Assembly (NCBI GenBank): GCA_963740355.1
Contig: CAVUDW010000002.1
Span: 2,272,001-2,336,000, forward strand
Direction of reading: 5' to 3'
Length of the DNA: 64,000 bases
From: an uncultured Gemmatimonadaceae bacterium
GTDB taxonomy: Bacteria; Gemmatimonadota; Gemmatimonadetes; Gemmatimonadales; Gemmatimonadaceae
The notes beneath the pieces are model-generated. The model made no database searches. It worked only from the letters and a program-made list of their open reading frames with translations, and was not told the DNA's origin. This document shows positions 20,448-31,024 of the stretch, piece after piece. Position 1 is the first letter of the stretch. Every line of letters starts with the position of its first letter. Made by a program: the position numbers and the translations under genes.

Positions 20448-20876
20448 ATGGCTGGAAATGAACGCCGTCCTGATCGGGTGGCCGCTGCAATACGTGAAGA
20501 AGTGGCGCGTGTGTTGTCGCGCGATGTGCAGGACCCGCGCATCGCTGGTGCTTTCGTGACCGTGACCAGCTGCGAGGTCTCGCGTGACTTGCGCACGGCG
20601 AAGGTGTTCGTGAGCATCCTCGGCGACGATGATGCGAAGGCCGCCGCGCGTGACGGCCTGGCCGACCTCGCGCCGCAATTGCGTGGACCAATCGGTCGCG
20701 CACTGCGCCTGCGTGCCGCACCTGAGATCTTCTTCCGCGTCGACGAAAGCATCGCCTACGCGGCGCGAATCGAGACCTTGCTGGCGCAGATCAAGACGCC
20801 TGCCGCCGACAGCGATGCTGCCGAGCCCCCCGGCGAGACCACTGGCGCCGGCGACGATGACGACCGCGGCAACTGA
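20448..20876 (+). CDS. rbfA: Ribosome-binding factor A
   Basis: RPDRVAAAIREE, DPRI, VSRDLRTAKVFVS, LRAAPEIFFRVDES. Confidence 0.95.
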   Translation: MAGNERRPDRVAAAIREEVARVLSRDVQDPRIAGAFVTVTSCEVSRDLRTAKVFVSILGDDDAKAAARDGLADLAPQLRGPIGRALRLRAAPEIFFRVDESIAYAARIETLLAQIKTPAADSDAAEPPGETTGAGDDDDRGN

Positions 20877-21735
20877 CGGGCTGTTGCTGCTGGACAAACC
20901 GGCGGGCATTTCATCGCACGATGCAGTGCTTGCCGCGCGTCGCTCGCTCCACGAAAAGCGCATCGGCCACGCGGGCACACTCGACCCGTTTGCGACCGGC
21001 CTCCTCGTACTGCTCACCGGTCGCGCGACTCGACTCCTCCCGTATATCCCGGGCGAGCCGAAGGTCTACGAGGCGACGATCCTGTTCGGCAGCGAGACGG
21101 ATACCGAGGACTTGCTTGGACAGGTGACGCGCGAGGCACCACTTCCCGATGAAGCCATGGTGCGCGCTGCAATCCCGTCGCTGACAGGTGTGATCGAGCA
21201 GGTGCCACCAGCGTACTCCGCGAAGCGTGTCGATGGCCAGCGCGCGTACGAAGCGGCGCGTGCAGGGGTGATACTCGACCTCAAGCCAGTCTCGATCACG
21301 GTGCATTCCTGGGAAGTGCTCAAATGGAATGGCGACACCTGCGATGTCCGGATCGTCTGCGGCGGCGGAACCTACGTGCGTTCGCTGGCTCGCGACCTCG
21401 GTCGCGCCGTGGGCAGCGCGGCGCACCTGCGTGGATTGCGTCGAGTTGCCGCCGGGGCCTTTCATATCGATCAAGCACAGCCCGTGCTTGCGCTGCGTGA
21501 CGAGCCCGCGCGACTTCGGCCGCCGCTCGACGCGCTCCCGCACCTGCCGCATGTGTCTCTCACCAACGACGAAGTGCATCGCATCCGACGCGGACTCGAC
21601 ATCGCCATTGCGGACGCTCCGGATGCCGCGTCAACCTACGTCGCGCTGGTGGCGGCGGAACATGGTGGCTTGATCGCCCTCGGTGAACACATCGGCGATC
21701 GCTGGCAGCCGCGGGTCGTGATGCGCGATGCGTGA
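20857..21735 (+). CDS. truB: tRNA pseudouridine(55) synthase
   Basis: LDKPAGISSHD, GHAGTLDPFATG, QVPPAYSA, GTYVRSLARDLG. Confidence 0.96.
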   Translation: MTTAATDGLLLLDKPAGISSHDAVLAARRSLHEKRIGHAGTLDPFATGLLVLLTGRATRLLPYIPGEPKVYEATILFGSETDTEDLLGQVTREAPLPDEAMVRAAIPSLTGVIEQVPPAYSAKRVDGQRAYEAARAGVILDLKPVSITVHSWEVLKWNGDTCDVRIVCGGGTYVRSLARDLGRAVGSAAHLRGLRRVAAGAFHIDQAQPVLALRDEPARLRPPLDALPHLPHVSLTNDEVHRIRRGLDIAIADAPDAASTYVALVAAEHGGLIALGEHIGDRWQPRVVMRDA

Positions 21736-22666
21736 CCTGAGCGTCGAGTGCGGACTGCCGTCGAATGTTTCCAGCGCGGCGGTGACGGTGGGCACCTTCG
21801 ACGGTGTGCATCTCGGTCACTACGATGTCCTGCGTCGGTTGTCCATGCTGGCCACATCGCGAGGCACGGCGAGTGTCCTTGTGACGTTTGCACCGCACCC
21901 CACGGAGGTCGTGCGTCCGAGTGCCGTGCCGATGCTCCTGACGCCCGGCATGGAGAAATTCGAGGCGCTCGCCACGATCGGCATCGACTACTGCGCCGTC
22001 GTGCCGTTCACCCGCGATCTGGCATCGCTGACGGCAGCCGAGTTCGTGAGCCGCGTGCTGCGTCCCCGATTCCGGATGGAGGCCCTGATGATCGGGCACG
22101 ATCACGGTTTTGGCCGGGACCGGGCGGGCGGGCGCGAGCAGTTGATGGCCCTTGGTGCAGCGGAAGGTTTTGCGGTGGAGCAGGTGGCACCGGTGAGCCT
22201 GGCCGATGGCACCGTCGTGTCGTCCTCCGCGATCCGGCGCGCCATCGCCGACGGGGAACTGGAGCCGGCTCGCCGCGCACTCGGTCGTCGCTACTCGATT
22301 TCCGGGGTCGTCCAGCTGGGCGACCAGCGAGGCCGGACGATTGGTTATCCGACGCTGAATCTCGGTACACCGCCGGCCAGAAAACTCCTGCCCCCGGCCG
22401 GGGTCTACGCCGCGATCGTTCAAACGCCTGGCGGCGCGTACGGCGCCATGATGAATCTGGGCGCCCGCCCGACGGTGGACGACGCCCGGCAAACGGTCGA
22501 GGCGCACCTCTTCGATTTTGCCGGCGACCTCTATGGCGCTCCCGTCCGCATCGATCTGGTCGCACCCTTGCGGCCGATCCGGCGCTTCAGCGGCCTCTCC
22601 GAACTGACCGACCAGCTTGCCGCCGATGAGATAGCAGCCCGGACTGCGTTGACCCGGTTCGGCTAA
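21728..22666 (+). CDS. ribF: Bifunctional riboflavin kinase / FAD synthetase
   Basis: [34 protein letters not shown]. Confidence 0.96.
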   Translation: MRDLSVECGLPSNVSSAAVTVGTFDGVHLGHYDVLRRLSMLATSRGTASVLVTFAPHPTEVVRPSAVPMLLTPGMEKFEALATIGIDYCAVVPFTRDLASLTAAEFVSRVLRPRFRMEALMIGHDHGFGRDRAGGREQLMALGAAEGFAVEQVAPVSLADGTVVSSSAIRRAIADGELEPARRALGRRYSISGVVQLGDQRGRTIGYPTLNLGTPPARKLLPPAGVYAAIVQTPGGAYGAMMNLGARPTVDDARQTVEAHLFDFAGDLYGAPVRIDLVAPLRPIRRFSGLSELTDQLAADEIAARTALTRFG

Positions 22667-22678
22667 ACCGGCTAGCTT
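22649..22678 (+). promoter_or_regulatory. Possible sigma70 promoter for secDF overlapping ribF end
   Basis: TTGACC-18 nt-TAGCTT. Confidence 0.4.
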
Positions 22679-22727
22679 ACGCGGCTATCCGTACACCGTA
22701 GGTCCTTTCCTTCTTCCGCTGCAGGGC

Positions 22728-24428
22728 ATGAACAGTCTGCGGTCCCGCCTCCTGCTGATCGCCGCCGCCATCGGGCTTTCGGTTTTCGCTCTCTTCCCGC
22801 GCTCCACACCCGTGCGCGAGAAGCAGCCTGACGGCTCATTCGTCGAAACCACCAAGCGCCTCTGGCCCCTCAAGTACGGCCTCGACCTGCAGGGCGGCAT
22901 GCACCTCGCACTCGAGATCGACGAGAGCAAGGGCACAGTCGCTGACAAGAAGGACGCGCTCGGTCGTGCACTGAAGACGGTCCGCAACCGCATCGACCAA
23001 TTCGGCGTGTCCGAACCCGTCGTGCAGCAGGCGGGCGACGATCGCATCATCGTCGAGTTGCCCGGTGTCGACGACCAACAGCGCGCGCAGGACGTGGTCC
23101 AGAAGTCGGCGTTCCTTCAGTTCCAGATCACGGACAAGTCGAACGCCCTCGAGCGTTCATTGCCGCGTATGGACGCCGCAGTGCGCAGTCAGCGCCTGGA
23201 TGCAGAAGTCGCGTCCGCGGCTGGGGCACCGAAGGGACCATCGGCCGCCGCTCCTCTGAGCGGGTTGCTCACGGGCGATACCGCGAAGAAGGCCACCGTC
23301 GATGCCAAGTCGGCCGGTGCAGACACCGCAAAGAAGGTCGCCGCCGCAGACACCGCCGCACCGAAGGACGCCAACGGCCCGATCACCAAGCTGGTGCAGC
23401 CTGGGCAGATGCCCGGCCAGTATTACGTGAAGGAATCGGATGTTGCGCGACTGACGCGCTACCTCGCGGACACGCTGGTGCGCAGCGCCGTTGCCCCCGG
23501 CAAGGTGTTGCGTTTCGGAAGCGACACAGTGGGTGGCGCACCGGGTCAGGGCGCGTACCGCGCGCTCTACATGCTCGATGCCAAGCCGATCATCACCGGT
23601 GAGTTTCTCACCGATGCCAAGCCGAACCGGAATTCTCTCGAACCCGGCTACATCGTGGAGTTCGAGTTCAATGCCGAAGGCGGTCGCATCTTCCGTCGCG
23701 AGACGGGCAAGCACGTGCGCGACAACATGGCGGTCGTTCTCGACGATCGTGTCGTGACGGCGCCGACGATCAATAGCGCGATCGGCCGCAATGGCCAGAT
23801 CACGCTCGGTGGTGCTGGCCTGCAGGAAGCACAGGACCTTGCGCTCGTGCTTCGCGCCGGCGCACTGCCCGTGCCGCTCAAGGTGGCTGAGATGCGGAAC
23901 ATCGGTGCCAGCCTCGGTCAGGACTCGATCGACAAGGGCGTGCTCGCATTCGGCATCGCCATCCTGATGGTGGTCGTGATCATGGTCGGCTACTACCGCT
24001 TCAGCGGGATGATCGCAGTGGTCGCCCTCGCGCTTTACATCTTCTTCACCCTCGCAGCGCTGGCTGGCTTTGGTGCCACGCTGACGTTGCCTGGCCTGGC
24101 CGGACTCGTGCTCGGCGTCGGTATCGCCGTGGATGCGAACGTGCTCATCTTCGAGCGTATCCGTGAGGAGATGGATCGCGGCAAGTCTGCACGCCTCTCG
24201 ATCGACGAAGGCTTCAAGCACGCCCTGACGGCGATCGTCGACACCAGCGTCGCCACGATCCTCTCGGGCGCCGTGCTGTATCAGTACGGTACGGGACCAG
24301 TGCGCGGCTTCGCCGTGACCCTGGTGGTCGGCGTTGCCGCCTCGCTCTTCACGGCCATCTTCGTGACGCGCACCCTTCTCCTCGTCTGGCTTGACCGCAC
24401 CGGCGGCACGAAGCCACTGAGCATCTGA
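22728..24428 (+). CDS. secD: Protein translocase subunit SecD
   Basis: [39 protein letters not shown]. Confidence 0.97.
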   Translation: MNSLRSRLLLIAAAIGLSVFALFPRSTPVREKQPDGSFVETTKRLWPLKYGLDLQGGMHLALEIDESKGTVADKKDALGRALKTVRNRIDQFGVSEPVVQQAGDDRIIVELPGVDDQQRAQDVVQKSAFLQFQITDKSNALERSLPRMDAAVRSQRLDAEVASAAGAPKGPSAAAPLSGLLTGDTAKKATVDAKSAGADTAKKVAAADTAAPKDANGPITKLVQPGQMPGQYYVKESDVARLTRYLADTLVRSAVAPGKVLRFGSDTVGGAPGQGAYRALYMLDAKPIITGEFLTDAKPNRNSLEPGYIVEFEFNAEGGRIFRRETGKHVRDNMAVVLDDRVVTAPTINSAIGRNGQITLGGAGLQEAQDLALVLRAGALPVPLKVAEMRNIGASLGQDSIDKGVLAFGIAILMVVVIMVGYYRFSGMIAVVALALYIFFTLAALAGFGATLTLPGLAGLVLGVGIAVDANVLIFERIREEMDRGKSARLSIDEGFKHALTAIVDTSVATILSGAVLYQYGTGPVRGFAVTLVVGVAASLFTAIFVTRTLLLVWLDRTGGTKPLSI

Positions 24429-25411
24429 TGCTGCGAATCTTTCACAACACGACGTACGATTTCATCAAGTGGTGGAAAGTCGCCGCCATCGTCACCATCG
24501 CCTTCATGGCGATTGGCCTGGCATCGTTCGCATTCCGCGGCGGCATCAACTACTCGGTTGAGTTCACGGGTGGCACGCTCGTGCAGTTGAAGTTCAAGGA
24601 GCCCGCTGACGCCGGAAAGATTCGTGCGGCGCTCGACGGCGCCGGGATCAAGGGCGCCGAAGTGCAGCAGTACGGCGGGCCTGACGAGTTCACGATTCGC
24701 GCGCAGGACAAGGCGCTCGTGAGTCAGCAGGCTGCCGGCGCCGGCAAGATCGAGGACGAAATTCGCGCAGCGCTCTCGAAGTCGCTCGGCGCATCGACCT
24801 ACACCGTGGTGCGTACGGAATCGATCGGACCGAAGGTCGGCGAGGAACTGAGCCGCAACGCCTTGATCGCGATGGTGCTCGTCTCGCTCGCCACCCTGAT
24901 CTACCTCGCGTTCCGCTTCGAATGGCGGTTTGGCGTGGCGGCAGTGGTCGCGACGCTGCACGACACGATCGTCACGCTCGCGTTCATCAAGCTGTTGCAC
25001 CTCGAGGTGTCGCTCACCGTGGTGGCCGGCATCCTGACGCTGCTCGGTTATTCGATGAACGACACGATCATCATCTTCGATCGTGTGCGTGAAAACCTGA
25101 AGACCGCAGGCAAGGAGTCGCTGCGCAACGTGCTCAATCGGTCGATCAACGACACGCTGCCGCGCTCCATCATGACGCACGCCACGACGTTCGCCGCGTC
25201 GCTGGCGCTGCTCCTGTTCGCGGGTGAAGTGATCCGTCCGTTCGCATGGGTGATGGTGTTCGGCATCTTCGTCGCCACGTTCAGCTCGATCTATGTGGCT
25301 GGACCGGTGCTGCTCTGGATCGAACAGAAGTTCCCGCGGAACGCAGCGTCTGGTGCCGCTGCCCGCGCGGCAGAGGGTGCCAAGCGCCCGGGCACCGTCG
25401 CCACCCGGTGA
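24428..25411 (+). CDS. secF: Protein translocase subunit SecF
   Basis: VEFTGGT, IGPKVGEEL, FRFEW, GYSMNDTIIIFDRVRE. Confidence 0.97.
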   Translation: MLRIFHNTTYDFIKWWKVAAIVTIAFMAIGLASFAFRGGINYSVEFTGGTLVQLKFKEPADAGKIRAALDGAGIKGAEVQQYGGPDEFTIRAQDKALVSQQAAGAGKIEDEIRAALSKSLGASTYTVVRTESIGPKVGEELSRNALIAMVLVSLATLIYLAFRFEWRFGVAAVVATLHDTIVTLAFIKLLHLEVSLTVVAGILTLLGYSMNDTIIIFDRVRENLKTAGKESLRNVLNRSINDTLPRSIMTHATTFAASLALLLFAGEVIRPFAWVMVFGIFVATFSSIYVAGPVLLWIEQKFPRNAASGAAARAAEGAKRPGTVATR

Positions 25412-25440
25412 CGGCCGCCGAACGACTCACTGCTTCGACG

Positions 25441-25467
25441 GACCGCCGCCTTGCGCGGCGGTTTTGT
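25441..25467 (+). terminator. Putative intrinsic terminator after secF
   Basis: GACCGCCGC-CTTGC-GCGGCGGTT followed by TTGT. Confidence 0.55.
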
Positions 25468-25484
25468 CGTTGCGGCCGTCGCAC

Positions 25485-26285
25485 ATGCTGATTGATAGCC
25501 ACGCGCACCTGGCCGGCGAGAAATTCGATGCCGACAGGGACGCCATGCTGCAGCGCGCCTGGGACGCTGGCCTGTCACATGTCGTGGTGATCGGCGAAAC
25601 CTCGTCCGCGGCGCGTGATCTCGCCCGAACGGATCCGGCGCGCCTCTCCTTCACGGCGGGGGTTCACCCGCACGAAGCCGACAAGTTCGATTCCGCACGC
25701 GACGTCCCGCTGATGCGTGCGCTGGTGCAGGATGGAGCAGTTGCGATCGGCGAGTGTGGACTCGACTACTACTACGATCACAGTCCGCGCGAGCTGCAGC
25801 TGCGAGCCTTCCAACTGCAGCTCGAACTCGCCGAAGAGACCTCGCTGCCGGTGGTCGTGCACACTCGGCAAGCCGAAGACGACACGCTCGCGCTGATGCG
25901 TGCGGCAGCGGGCCGAGGAGTGCTCGGCGTGTTGCATTGCTTCACGGGCTCACCCGAGCTCGCACGCGCGGCCATCGATGTCGGCTGGTACATCTCCATC
26001 AGCGGCATCGCGACGTTCCGGACGTGGGACCGCGATGATGTCGTGGCCATGGTGCCCGACGCACAGCTCCTCGTGGAAACTGACTCGCCATACCTGGCGC
26101 CGGTGCCGCATCGCGGGCGACGTAACGAATCCGCCTTTCTGCCAGCTACGGTCGAGCGTCTCGCGCTCGTTCGCGGCACCACTGCCGATGCGCTGGGGCG
26201 ACTGACGGCGCAGAACGCCATCCGCTTCTTCAAGTTGCCCCTCTCCTTGCCGACGACCAGGACGATCCAGACCGATGCTCACTGA
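25485..26285 (+). CDS. tatD: TatD family hydrolase
   Basis: MLIDSHAHL, GVHPH, IGECGLDY, VHTR, LHCF, ETDSPYLAP. Confidence 0.93.
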   Translation: MLIDSHAHLAGEKFDADRDAMLQRAWDAGLSHVVVIGETSSAARDLARTDPARLSFTAGVHPHEADKFDSARDVPLMRALVQDGAVAIGECGLDYYYDHSPRELQLRAFQLQLELAEETSLPVVVHTRQAEDDTLALMRAAAGRGVLGVLHCFTGSPELARAAIDVGWYISISGIATFRTWDRDDVVAMVPDAQLLVETDSPYLAPVPHRGRRNESAFLPATVERLALVRGTTADALGRLTAQNAIRFFKLPLSLPTTRTIQTDAH

Positions 26286-27936
26286 TCTCGAAATTGCGCA
26301 GTCCGTGACGTTGCGGCCAATCCGTGATGTCGCGGCGGAGCTGGGACTGCACGAAGACGAAATCGATCTCTACGGTCGGTACAAGGCCAAGCTCCCACTC
26401 TCGATCGCAGAACGGCCAGTGCGCGGCAAGCTCGTATTGGTGACGGCCATCCACCCTACGGCAGCAGGAGAAGGGAAGACGACCACTTCGGTGGGGCTGG
26501 CGCAGGCGCTGCGGCGTCTGGGGACCAACGTCGTGCTCTGCCTCCGTGAACCCAGCCTCGGTCCCGTCTTTGGCGTCAAGGGCGGTGCCGCAGGCGGTGG
26601 TTACGCACAGGTGTTGCCGATGGAGGACATCAACCTCCACTTCACCGGCGATTTCCACGCGATCGCGAGTGCGCACGCACTGCTGTCGGCCATGCTCGAC
26701 AATCACCTGCAGCAAGGCAATGCGCTCAACATCGATCCGCGCCGCATTACCTGGCCGCGCACGATCGACATGAACGATCGCGCGCTCCGGAAGTGCCTGA
26801 TCGGACTTGGCGGCGCCACCAACGGCGTGCCGCGCGAGGAACGATTCGTGATCGTCCCCGCGAGCGAGGTGATGGCGATCGTCGCCCTCGCCAGCGGCCT
26901 TGAGGACCTGCAGGCCCGCCTGACGCGAATCGTCATTGGAAGTTCGTACGACGGCAGCTTCGTGACCGCGGGAGAATTGGGCGCCGCCGGTGCGATGGCG
27001 CTGCTCCTGCGCGACGCGCTGCGACCGAACCTGGTGCAAACGGCGGAAGGCGGACCGGCGCTCGTGCATTGCGGTCCCTTCGCCAACATCGCGCATGGCT
27101 GCAATTCACTGATGGCGACGCGTTCGGCGTTGGCGCTTGGTGATGTCGTCGTGACCGAGGCTGGATTTGGGTCCGATCTCGGTGCGGAGAAGTTCTTCGA
27201 CATCAAGGCGCGCGTGGGCGGACTGACGCCTGCCGTGGCAGTGATCGTCGCCACGGTCCGTGCGCTCAAGCTGCACGGAGGCGCGTCGAAGGCCTCGCTC
27301 GCAACGCCGGATGTCGACGCGGTGCTCGGTGGCCTGGCGAATCTCGAGCGACACATCGCCAACGTGCGCCAGTTCGGTGTGCCGGTGGTCGTGACGCTGA
27401 ATCGCTTCAGCTCCGACAGCGATGCAGAACTCGATGCCGTCCTGCGCGCCGTCGAGCGATCTGGCGCGCGCGGCACGCTCTGCGGAGTGTGGGCGAAGGG
27501 TGGTGCCGGCGGCGAGGCGTTGGCCCGGGAAGTGCTCGATGTGATCGCCAACGAGCCGTCGGGGTATGCGCCGCTGTACGACGTCTCGCGTGGCATCCGG
27601 GAGAAGATCGGGACCATCGTCTCCCGCGTGTACGGCGGCGATGGCGTCGACTTCTCGCCCCGCGCCGAGCGCGCCATTCGGGAACTCGAGCGACAGGGAT
27701 TGGGTGGAACACCGGTCTGCATTGCCAAGACCCAGTCGTCATTCAGCGACAATCCGACGCTCCTCGGTGCGCCGCACGGCTTCCGTGTACAGATTTCAGA
27801 GGTCTATCCGGCAGCCGGCGCAGGGTTTGTCGTGGCTCAGGCCGGTGATATCATGACCATGCCGGGGCTGCCTGCCGTGCCCGCCGCGGCGCGAATCGGT
27901 GTCGATGGCGCAGGTCGTGCCATTGGATTGTTCTAG
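26275..27936 (+). CDS. fhs: Formate--tetrahydrofolate ligase
   Basis: TAAGEGKTT, REPSLGP, KGGAAGGG, INLHFTGDFHAI, GPFANIAHG, IMTMPGL. Confidence 0.97.
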   Translation: MLTDLEIAQSVTLRPIRDVAAELGLHEDEIDLYGRYKAKLPLSIAERPVRGKLVLVTAIHPTAAGEGKTTTSVGLAQALRRLGTNVVLCLREPSLGPVFGVKGGAAGGGYAQVLPMEDINLHFTGDFHAIASAHALLSAMLDNHLQQGNALNIDPRRITWPRTIDMNDRALRKCLIGLGGATNGVPREERFVIVPASEVMAIVALASGLEDLQARLTRIVIGSSYDGSFVTAGELGAAGAMALLLRDALRPNLVQTAEGGPALVHCGPFANIAHGCNSLMATRSALALGDVVVTEAGFGSDLGAEKFFDIKARVGGLTPAVAVIVATVRALKLHGGASKASLATPDVDAVLGGLANLERHIANVRQFGVPVVVTLNRFSSDSDAELDAVLRAVERSGARGTLCGVWAKGGAGGEALAREVLDVIANEPSGYAPLYDVSRGIREKIGTIVSRVYGGDGVDFSPRAERAIRELERQGLGGTPVCIAKTQSSFSDNPTLLGAPHGFRVQISEVYPAAGAGFVVAQAGDIMTMPGLPAVPAAARIGVDGAGRAIGLF

Positions 27937-27960
27937 CGCTCCATTCTTCGAGGATTCGTC

Positions 27961-28350
27961 GTGTCCAAGCGTGTGATCAGCACTCCCAAGGCGCCTGCCG
28001 CCATCGGCCCGTACTCGCAGGCAATCGCGGTCGACAACCTGCTCTTCACGGCAGGACAGATTGCCCTCGACCCCGCCACCATGACGGTGGTCTCGGGCGA
28101 CGTCTCGGCGCAGACGGAACAGGTGATGAAGAACCTCGCCGAAATCTGCGCCGCCGCCGGCGCGACACTGCAGGACGTGGTCAAGACGACCGTCTTCCTG
28201 CAGGAAATGAGCGACTTCCAGGCGATGAACGAAGTCTACGCGCGCCATTTCGGCGAGAATCGTCCAGCCCGCAGCACGGTGGCGGTGCGTGGGCTGCCGC
28301 GGAACGTGCGCGTCGAGATTGAAGCGATCGTTCGCCTGCCGAACGCCTGA
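27961..28350 (+). CDS. ridA: RidA family enamine/imine deaminase
   Basis: APAAIGPYSQA, AGQI, VVKTTVFL, PARSTV, VEIEAI. Confidence 0.92.
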   Translation: MSKRVISTPKAPAAIGPYSQAIAVDNLLFTAGQIALDPATMTVVSGDVSAQTEQVMKNLAEICAAAGATLQDVVKTTVFLQEMSDFQAMNEVYARHFGENRPARSTVAVRGLPRNVRVEIEAIVRLPNA

Positions 28351-28983
28351 GTGATCGTGCGCGCTGCAGTTCGCGGGCAATTCATCGCTCGATTTCTGCC
28401 GCGCGCACTGCTCGCGTCGGCCCTCCTCGTCACTTCGGCCACTGCTGCCACCGCGCAGCAGGTGACGCCGGCCGGTGCGCGACGCGACACGGTGAAGGTC
28501 GATACGACGCCGAAACGTCCGGCTCGTCGACTGCCGAACAGCATCCCTGATTCGCTGCTACGACCGCCGATCACGCCCAAGGCGGCGTTCCTGCATTCGC
28601 TGCTGCTGCCTGGCTGGGGACAGAGCGCGCTTCGTCGCAACACGGCCGCGACAGTCTTCGCCGGGGCGGAGATCGGCGCGATCTACATGGTGGCCAAGTC
28701 ACGCGCCGACCTGCGTCAGGCCAAGGCATTGCGGGGGCTCGATTCGATCGCCGTCGGAGATCCAACGCTCGGACAGCCTGTCACCAAGGTGCCCGCCGTC
28801 ACCGAGCAGCTGATCAATGCGCGCAAGCTGCATCTCGAGGATTGGCTCGCAGCGTGGATCTTCAATCACCTGCTGTCGGGGGCCGACGCCTATGTGGCCG
28901 CCAACCTGTGGGACCTTCCAGCGCGGGTGTCGATCCGGCATACGCCAGCCGGTACAGGTATCGGCGCGCAGATCCGCTGGTGA
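28351..28983 (+). CDS. Hypothetical exported/membrane protein (DUF5683-like)
   Basis: Signal peptide; PKAAFLHSLLLPGWGQ; DAYVAANL. Confidence 0.65.
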   Translation: MIVRAAVRGQFIARFLPRALLASALLVTSATAATAQQVTPAGARRDTVKVDTTPKRPARRLPNSIPDSLLRPPITPKAAFLHSLLLPGWGQSALRRNTAATVFAGAEIGAIYMVAKSRADLRQAKALRGLDSIAVGDPTLGQPVTKVPAVTEQLINARKLHLEDWLAAWIFNHLLSGADAYVAANLWDLPARVSIRHTPAGTGIGAQIRW

Positions 28984-29783
28984 ACGACGCCCCGATCGGA
29001 GTTTTCGACTCAGGGATTGGTGGGCTCACGGTCGTCTCTGCGATCCTGCGTGCGCTTCCGCGTGAGCGCGTGATCTACGTCGGTGACACCGCGCGCGTTC
29101 CGTACGGGCCGAAGAGCCCTGAGACAGTGGTGCGCTACAGCCGACAGATCGCATCATGGCTGCTCGAGCAGCGCGTGAAGGCGATCGTGATCGCCTGTAA
29201 CACGGCCACCGCGCACGCACTCGATGTGTTGCAGCGCGAATGTCCCGTGCCAGTCATAGGCGTCGTGCAGCCGGGTGCGCGCGCTGCCGTGAAAGCGACA
29301 CGCAACGGCCACATCGGGGTCATCGGTACCAGCGGAACGATCAATTCCGGTGCCTACCATCGCGCAATCGCGAGCCTCTCTGCCGACGCCATCGTCACTG
29401 GTACCGCGTGCCCGTTGTTCGTCCCGCTGGTCGAGGAAGGCTGGGTGGACCACGCAGCCACACGCCTCATTGCCGAGACGTATCTCGCCCCAATGCGACT
29501 CGCCCACGTCGATACACTCGTTCTCGGCTGCACGCACTACCCACTGCTCGCGCCGATTATCGGTGACGTGATCGGGAGGGACGTCACGCTCGTCGACTCC
29601 GCCGCCGAGACGGCTGCGGCACTGCGTGATGTGCTGCGGGAACGCGGCCTCGAGGCGTCAGAGGCCGTCGGCGAGCCGGTGCACCGATTCGTCGCCACCG
29701 ACGCGCCCGATGCCTTCCGACGTGTCGGCCAGCGCTTCATCGGTCCGGTGCTCGACAAAGTCGAGACGACGGTCTTCGCCTGA
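28980..29783 (+). CDS. murI: Glutamate racemase
   Basis: IGVFDSGIGGLTV, PYGPKS, IACNTA, LGCTHYP. Confidence 0.97.
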   Translation: MNDAPIGVFDSGIGGLTVVSAILRALPRERVIYVGDTARVPYGPKSPETVVRYSRQIASWLLEQRVKAIVIACNTATAHALDVLQRECPVPVIGVVQPGARAAVKATRNGHIGVIGTSGTINSGAYHRAIASLSADAIVTGTACPLFVPLVEEGWVDHAATRLIAETYLAPMRLAHVDTLVLGCTHYPLLAPIIGDVIGRDVTLVDSAAETAAALRDVLRERGLEASEAVGEPVHRFVATDAPDAFRRVGQRFIGPVLDKVETTVFA

Positions 29784-30503
29784 GTCGAGTGGCTCGAGCA
29801 GCTCGACGCGACGCTCCGTAAATCGCAGATAGCGTGGCACGTCACCCCAGCCGCCGGGGTTCGCATACACACCACCATTCGGTGCTCGTGTCAGCCCCGC
29901 CACGTGCGAATGCCCGAAGACGACCGCATTCGGGCCGCCTGGCGCCGCGATGCGGGCCAGCGCCACATCGCGCAGCCCGATGCCATTGTCCTCGGCGCTG
30001 TGCACTCGACTTGCTTCCGACGTCCCGAGCGCCAGGCGAGTACCGAAATCCGGATGCACCAGCTTGAAGGCCCAGACCGACAGTGGATGACGTAAGATTG
30101 GACGCACGCGCAGGTAGCCCCGGTCGGCATCGCCGCGCAATCCATCGCCATGCTCCACTTCGAGATCCCACGTGCCGAACTGCAGGCGAAGCGGTGTCGT
30201 CTGGTATGTCACACCGACCTCTCGACGCAGCACGTCGCCGCCCCAGCAATCATGGTTTCCGGCGATCCAGACGATCGGCATCCCCGATGCGCGAAGCTCC
30301 GCCAGCGCGCCGAGCACGGGCAGTGCGAACGACGGAATCGAGCGACGCCACTCGAACCAGAAGTCGAGGATGTCGCCATTCAGCACCAGCGATCCAGGCT
30401 GGCCGCGCAACCGGCGCATGAACCGGAGCAGGGCATCCGTCGTCGCAGCTGGGGCTGCGCCAACATGGGCGTCGGACAGCAGGTGGAGGGGAAGTGGCAG
30501 CAC
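29658..30503 (-). CDS. lpxH: UDP-2,3-diacylglucosamine diphosphatase (metallophosphoesterase)
   Basis: LSDAHVG, GDILDFWFE, GNHD, HGDG, FGHSH. Confidence 0.8.
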   Translation of the reverse strand: MLPLPLHLLSDAHVGAAPAATTDALLRFMRRLRGQPGSLVLNGDILDFWFEWRRSIPSFALPVLGALAELRASGMPIVWIAGNHDCWGGDVLRREVGVTYQTTPLRLQFGTWDLEVEHGDGLRGDADRGYLRVRPILRHPLSVWAFKLVHPDFGTRLALGTSEASRVHSAEDNGIGLRDVALARIAAPGGPNAVVFGHSHVAGLTRAPNGGVYANPGGWGDVPRYLRFTERRVELLEPLDSGEDRRLDFVEHRTDEALADTSEGIGRVGGDESVHRLADGL

Positions 30504-30598
30504 GAGCGGAGATTAGTCCGTTCAGCACGCTTTGACAAAAGGGAACGCGACCGACCAACTTCGCGCGTCCTGCAAACCACTCCCGCCACTGCCACCAC

Positions 30599-31024
30599 GT
30601 GACTTCCGTCGTCCCCAATCGAACCTGCGATCTCGAACTCCGCGTGCGATACGCCGAGACGGACCAGATGGGTGTGGTCTACCATTCCAACTATCTGATC
30701 TGGTGTGAGGTCGGACGCACGGAGCTGATCCGCCGCATGGGACGGTCATACGCCGAGATCGAAAAGCTCGGCGTCGGTCTGGCGGTGTCTGAGGCTGCGC
30801 TCCGCTACCACGCGCCGGCGCGATACGACGACCGCATCTGCGTCACCACCACGCTCAGCGACGTCCGGTCTCGCTCGATGACGTTCGAATACCTGATCAC
30901 GAATGCCGACACCGGCGTTCGCCTCGTCTCGGCCAGTACGACACTGATCGGCCTCGATCGCGATGGCAGGATTGCCCGCCTGCCACAGGCACTCCGCGAT
31001 GCGCTGGACTTGAACAATGCGTAA
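30599..31024 (+). CDS. Acyl-CoA thioesterase (YbgC/4HBT hot-dog family)
   Basis: RVRYAETDQMGVVYHSNYLIWCEVGR. Confidence 0.9.
   Translation: MTSVVPNRTCDLELRVRYAETDQMGVVYHSNYLIWCEVGRTELIRRMGRSYAEIEKLGVGLAVSEAALRYHAPARYDDRICVTTTLSDVRSRSMTFEYLITNADTGVRLVSASTTLIGLDRDGRIARLPQALRDALDLNNA

Noticed and set aside
30532..30561. sigma70 promoter with perfect TTGACA
   Set aside because: The -10 candidate (CAACTT at 18 nt) is too weak to call.
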